Shown: positions 16,713-20,000 of the stretch, piece after piece
How the letters are laid out: each line of letters opens with the position of its first letter
Numbering within the stretch: the stretch's first letter is position 1
IMG/VR virus record: IMGVR_UViG_3300044630_006877
From: an uncultured virus (IMG/VR IMGVR_UViG_3300044630_006877)
Taxonomy: Duplodnaviria > Heunggongvirae > Uroviricota > Caudoviricetes
Reading direction: 5' to 3' (one strand)
Length of the DNA stretch: 20,000 nt
Notes under the pieces: generated by a model
Told to the model about the DNA's origin: nothing
Database searches by the model: none
Seen by the model: only the letters and a program-made list of their open reading frames with translations
Program-made: the position numbers and the translations under genes

Positions 16713-16964
16713 ATGATCCAATGGACCGAGCCGATGTACGAGTTCCTGAGGAACAACTTCCAGACAATGGAGGACCGCGAGATCGCGGATTTTTTCACGA
16801 ATGTGTGCGGGGTTCAAGTTAATGTGAGGATGGTCGAACACGCGCGAGCGCGACTAGGACTGACCAAATGGAAGATAGGATCGGGGCAGGCGGGGCGGCC
16901 GGTGCATCCGAAGCTGAGGGAGGCTTGGGTGAGGGCCAAAGGGCCACCGGGAGAGAGTGGGTGA
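16713..16964 (+). CDS. Small HTH DNA-binding protein (83 aa)
   Basis: GAGG RBS and ATG 16713; WT....FLRNN...M.DREIA.......V..RMV...R.RLGL three-helix pattern; divergent from the late operon. Confidence 0.7.
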   Translation: MIQWTEPMYEFLRNNFQTMEDREIADFFTNVCGVQVNVRMVEHARARLGLTKWKIGSGQAGRPVHPKLREAWVRAKGPPGESG

Positions 16965-17126
16965 GACTTAGGGGTGTGCGGGCTTGTTGAGTGTGAACCC
17001 CCCGCCGAATTACCCCCTTAGCAGGTAGAAATACTATTAAACTAAAAAACCCCCCCTATGTAGCTAAGCTAACAAAACTATAACAAAACTCAATAAGCAC
17101 CTAAGTACATCTGTTTTATTGTTTTT

Positions 17127-17147
17127 ATTTTGTTAGGCTAACAAAAT
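17127..17147. repeat. 21-bp palindrome ATTTTGTTAG-G-CTAACAAAAT
   Basis: Perfect 10-bp arms with a 1-nt centre; TAACAAAA also occurs at 17070, 17081 and 18661. Confidence 0.9.
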
Positions 17148-17323
17148 GGCAAGGCAAAGGGGGGCAAAGGCCCCAAAAACAGCTTCCAAAAACAGTTTTC
17201 ACATTTTTGGCGTATGCCATTTGCCATTGCAAAACAGGCCCCCCAAGGCCTTTTTTTTTATTTGGCCAAAGGCCCCATATTTGAAAAAAGCCGTTTATAG
17301 GCAATTTTAAGCCCCTAGAAACA

Positions 17324-17345
17324 AATGCGATAAAACTATCGCATT
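17324..17345. repeat. Inverted repeat AATGCGATA-AAAC-TATCGCATT
   Basis: Perfect 9-bp arms. Confidence 0.85.
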
Positions 17346-17503
17346 GGTGCGAATATGCCCCTTTTTGGGCGTTGGTTATACAAAATTTTACCAAAAAAAC
17401 TTTGCCATTATGCCATTTTGGCCTATTCGCAAAAGCAAAAATGACGATAATGGGGGGTGGGGGGCTTCCCGGGCTTCCCAATTTTTCCCCCCTATGGTGG
17501 GGG

Positions 17504-17517
17504 GGTTGAATTCAACC
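17504..17517. promoter_or_regulatory. 14-bp palindrome GGTTGAATTCAACC, operator-like
   Basis: Perfect palindrome 28 nt upstream of ATG 17546; function is inferred. Confidence 0.5.
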
Positions 17518-17545
17518 AAAACGGGAAAAAGTGAGAAGTTTTACC

Positions 17546-18460
17546 ATGTTATACAATCCAAGCGGTTCAGTTTTAGTGGGCATTTTGCGGGCAGCATGGG
17601 CAGATATTTTGGGTGGGAATGAACGGGAAGCTTTTCAAAAAATAGCATTGATATCAATTGCAATAGAAAAGCAAATGAAGCTATTTGGTGAGACTGGAAT
17701 GCTACAAAAGAAATCAGAAGCCCTATCGGTGAAATTCTATATGGGGCAAAGTTATACGGACTATGCTAAGCAGTCAAAAGAGATAAGAGATAAGGGCAGA
17801 AAAGTATCATCGGTGTTACATCCGTATCAAGGCATAGATCCTATTGCAATTGATATGGCTGATGCAAGCTATCAAAATGTATTTGACTGCTTCACCGATA
17901 AAATTTTGGCCCATGCAAAAGCGCAAGCAAAAGCGCAAGCAAAAGGGGGGGAAGAATTCAAGCCCGTTGAATGCCCTTGTCCTTGGCGTGGGTTTGCCGA
18001 TGAAAACGCAAAAGATAGCATGGTGCTATCTTTTTATAAACTAAGGGCTGCCATAGCATTCTCGAATTATATTCGAGACCGAAAACGAAAAAATATTATT
18101 TTAAGCCAAATGGTTCTGCCGATCGAATTAAAGCCGGAACAAATTGCAATAGCTATAAAAAATGATATCAAAAGCAAAATAAAGTCTATTTTGCGGAAAA
18201 CAGATATCAATTTCATCAATGCATGGGCAGCCAATATATATACGGCTTCCAATAGAGCTGGCGGAGCAACTAAGGATATCACAAAACCACTAGAAGAGAT
18301 ATACGGATGCGATTCAGTTCGTACTGTGTATGGCAAGCTTAAGCCCTTCAATATCAAAATGCAAGAAAAGCTTGAGGCCTATGATTGCAAGCAAGAGTAT
18401 GTACAGGCAGCTCTTGAAATAGCATTGGTTGTAGTCAAAAAAAATAATTTGTTAAAATAA
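17546..18460 (+). CDS. AT-rich protein (304 aa), possibly a highly divergent ECF-type sigma factor
   Basis: Only long ORF in the island; MADASYQNVF, SFYKLRAAIAFSNYIRDRKRK and GCDSVRTVYGKL...KMQEKL resemble ECF regions 2.2, 2.3-2.4 and 4.2 in order; the ORF is likely real but the function is tentative; GTG 17531 is an alternative start. Confidence 0.5.
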   Translation: MLYNPSGSVLVGILRAAWADILGGNEREAFQKIALISIAIEKQMKLFGETGMLQKKSEALSVKFYMGQSYTDYAKQSKEIRDKGRKVSSVLHPYQGIDPIAIDMADASYQNVFDCFTDKILAHAKAQAKAQAKGGEEFKPVECPCPWRGFADENAKDSMVLSFYKLRAAIAFSNYIRDRKRKNIILSQMVLPIELKPEQIAIAIKNDIKSKIKSILRKTDINFINAWAANIYTASNRAGGATKDITKPLEEIYGCDSVRTVYGKLKPFNIKMQEKLEAYDCKQEYVQAALEIALVVVKKNNLLK

Positions 18461-18486
18461 GATATTTTTTTTAACTTAACCTAATG

Positions 18487-18518
18487 AAAGCCCCCGGGAA
18501 GCCCCCGGGGGCTTTTGT
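18487..18518 (+). terminator. Intrinsic terminator after 17546..18460
   Basis: AAAGCCCCCGGG-AAGCC-CCCGGGGGCTTT 12-bp stem ending in TTTTGT; built from the unit of the adjacent array. Confidence 0.75.
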
Positions 18519-18523
18519 CATTG

Positions 18524-18647
18524 AAGCCCCCGGGAAGCCCGGGAAGCCGGGGAAGCCCCGGGAAGCCCCCGGGAAGCCCGGGAAGCCGGGGAAGCCCCGG
18601 GAAGCCCCCGGGAAGCCCGGGAAGCCGGGGAAGCCCCGGGAAGCCCC
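18524..18647 (+). repeat. Tandem array: three exact copies of a 39-bp unit made of four AAG-Cn-Gm subunits
   Basis: (AAGCCCCCGGG AAGCCCGGG AAGCCGGGG AAGCCCCGGG)x3 plus AAGCCCC. Confidence 0.95.
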
Positions 18648-18690
18648 ACACAAAATGGTATAACAAAATAATACAAAAAAATCCTATATT

Positions 18691-18726
18691 TTTTTTGCCA
18701 TTACCAGCACCCCCGGGGCAATAGTG
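18691..18726 (+). promoter_or_regulatory. Bipartite motif TTTTTTGCCATTA-N13-GGCAATAGTG, copy 1
   Basis: Both blocks and the spacer length are identical to copy 2, while the spacer sequence differs. Confidence 0.7.
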
Positions 18727-18844
18727 TTGCCCCCTGAGAAAAAGGGGGGGGTGGGGGTGGGGGTGGGAATCAGCCCTGCCCTGCCCTGCCCGCCCGGGTG
18801 GGAAGGATTCGGGGGCGTTCTGCCCTTGCGAAGCCCGGAAAAAA

Positions 18845-18880
18845 TTTTTTGCCATTATCCCCCCGCCTATGGCAATAGTG
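18845..18880 (+). promoter_or_regulatory. Bipartite motif TTTTTTGCCATTA-N13-GGCAATAGTG, copy 2
   Basis: 154 bp after copy 1 and 54 nt upstream of the first small-gene start. Confidence 0.7.
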
Positions 18881-18934
18881 GGTGGAAAGCCCCCCGTGTG
18901 GGGGGTTGGGGTTGGCCTTATCAGGAGGACTGTC

Positions 18935-19258
18935 TTGTACGACATCGAGACGGTGTCTGCCTTGTCCAACGGCATAGTCGTTGTGGCGAGTCAGTCACGC
19001 CCTGCCCAGCGGTTCGTCCGCTGGGGTGGGGGTAAGAGGCAGACGCCCCGCCTCAAGTGGGCAGCATCGGAATTCAACCTGGGTCTGCCAGAAGAGGACA
19101 AGTATATCCTCGACGGACTCGCTACGCCGGACGAAGTCTGGCAGATCGTCAACGGAAAAACGGCCTACTCGGTCACAGACCCACGGGGGGTCAAGCACTG
19201 GTTCGAGTCCGAAGACAAGGCCACCACCTTCGTCTTCGAGGACGTGATGACATCGTAG
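18935..19258 (+). CDS. Hypothetical early-type protein (107 aa)
   Basis: AGGAGG RBS 6 nt before an in-frame TTG at 18935; start revised from 18869. Confidence 0.7.
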   Translation: MYDIETVSALSNGIVVVASQSRPAQRFVRWGGGKRQTPRLKWAASEFNLGLPEEDKYILDGLATPDEVWQIVNGKTAYSVTDPRGVKHWFESEDKATTFVFEDVMTS

Positions 19259-19266
19259 GAGGTCGC

Positions 19267-19536
19267 ATGATCACGACAGAATCGCGCCTCGCGGTCGACT
19301 ATGATCGCCTCACGCCCGATCAACTGAAGTGCCGACTCAGGCAGCTCGAACAGGATTTCAGCGACGTGGTCGCGATGCGAGTCGCGAAGGTCAAGTCGTC
19401 AATACGGTCGAGGATCGCCTCGGACTTCGCGGCACTCAACCACACGGCCAGGTCAGGCGAACCAATATCGCCAGACTCGTGGGAATGTCTTGCATACAAG
19501 CTCCGTGAGGAGCTGAACATACAGGAGGTCGTATGA
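19267..19536 (+). CDS. Hypothetical protein (89 aa, helical)
   Basis: TAGGAGG RBS and ATG 19267 (MITTESRL); start revised from 19057. Confidence 0.75.
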   Translation: MITTESRLAVDYDRLTPDQLKCRLRQLEQDFSDVVAMRVAKVKSSIRSRIASDFAALNHTARSGEPISPDSWECLAYKLREELNIQEVV

Positions 19537-19742
19537 CCAACATCAAGTACGCTGACTATGTGGCTTGGCCGACATGGAAGGGGCGGGTGGTCGAACTGCC
19601 ACGCTCTTGCTACATCGGCTGGGCCGTCTGGTACGACGACGGTGAATGGTGTCAATACGTCACCGAAACAGACGCCCGCGGGTCGGCCCAGTACTGGAAA
19701 GGCAATACGGCGGTGTTCCATAACGGGAGGATGGTCGCATGA
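19533..19742 (+). CDS. Hypothetical protein (69 aa, Trp/Tyr-rich)
   Basis: AGGAGG RBS; ATGA overlap with the upstream gene. Confidence 0.75.
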   Translation: MTNIKYADYVAWPTWKGRVVELPRSCYIGWAVWYDDGEWCQYVTETDARGSAQYWKGNTAVFHNGRMVA

Positions 19743-19978
19743 ACATGGGCTGGCAGTCGACGACGACCCACATGGTGGCGTCAAGGACGGTGGGCAGGTT
19801 CACCATCTTCGGGATGGTCGCGCTCAAGTACAAAAATTACAACACGGCTGTCTGGGTGACGGGGGACGACCCGGTCGAGCACCGGGCGAATGAGTTCGTC
19901 CATCTTGACGAGGCTCTCATGTGGGTTGAGGAAGTCATCGGCGAAATCGCCAGGGAGGCATCGTGGCAAACCCTTTGA
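19739..19978 (+). CDS. Hypothetical protein (79 aa)
   Basis: GGGAGG RBS; ATGA overlap. Confidence 0.7.
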   Translation: MNMGWQSTTTHMVASRTVGRFTIFGMVALKYKNYNTAVWVTGDDPVEHRANEFVHLDEALMWVEEVIGEIAREASWQTL

Positions 19979-20000
19979 TGTGTTACGCCCTCATGATCGC
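19963..20000 (+). CDS. Possible next small gene, partial (MANPLMCYALMI...)
   Basis: GGGAGG RBS 4 nt before GTG 19963; frame open to the window edge. Confidence 0.4.
   Translation, partial: MANPLMCYALMI

Noticed and set aside
17125..17622. ORFs 17125..17481 (-) and 17344..17622 (+)
   Set aside because: They span palindrome- and homopolymer-rich DNA where stop codons are depleted by composition; no RBS support
17127..18460. Protelomerase with a tel site
   Set aside because: The palindrome is short and odd-centred, and I see no tyrosine-recombinase-like catalytic pattern in the 304-aa protein
18524..18647. CRISPR array
   Set aside because: Units are contiguous with no unique spacers, and there are no cas genes in the window
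17461..18647. Insertion sequence bounded by inverted repeats
   Set aside because: No DDE, HUH or recombinase motifs in the ORF and no evident target-site duplication
18471..19035. ORFs with GFPGFPG/PGLPR repeats and 18724..19035
   Set aside because: Translations of the DNA repeat array and G/C tracts with no credible RBS; not collagen-like genes
1..20000. tRNA/rRNA genes, alternative genetic code, host assignment
   Set aside because: No cloverleaf or rRNA signature seen; genes read intact in code 11; the window alone cannot establish the host

Overview
This window is a segment of a large tailed dsDNA phage (Caudoviricetes-like), about 60-65% GC in most genes by eye. From 16650 leftwards a minus-strand late module runs: a small ORF, a sigma-70 region-2 protein lacking a clear region 4, an HTH/coiled-coil protein (probable small terminase), an ERCC4-family nuclease, a large terminase with a 400-aa intein (LAGLIDADG motifs plus an AP2-like segment), probable portal, a prohead protease with a nested scaffold start, a decoration-like protein, the major capsid protein, and then a chain of coupled modular fibre-like genes. 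A GGTGTA motif precedes several of these genes and is a candidate late promoter. Past the strand switch, an AT- and homopolymer-rich island (about 16990-18920) holds palindromes, G-tracts, a higher-order CCCGGG repeat array, a duplicated bipartite promoter-like motif and a single gene resembling a divergent ECF sigma factor. Small plus-strand early-type genes follow. The best candidate for a new system is a two-sigma transcription cascade with both promoter classes visible. All calls come from reading motifs by eye; no database searches were run.
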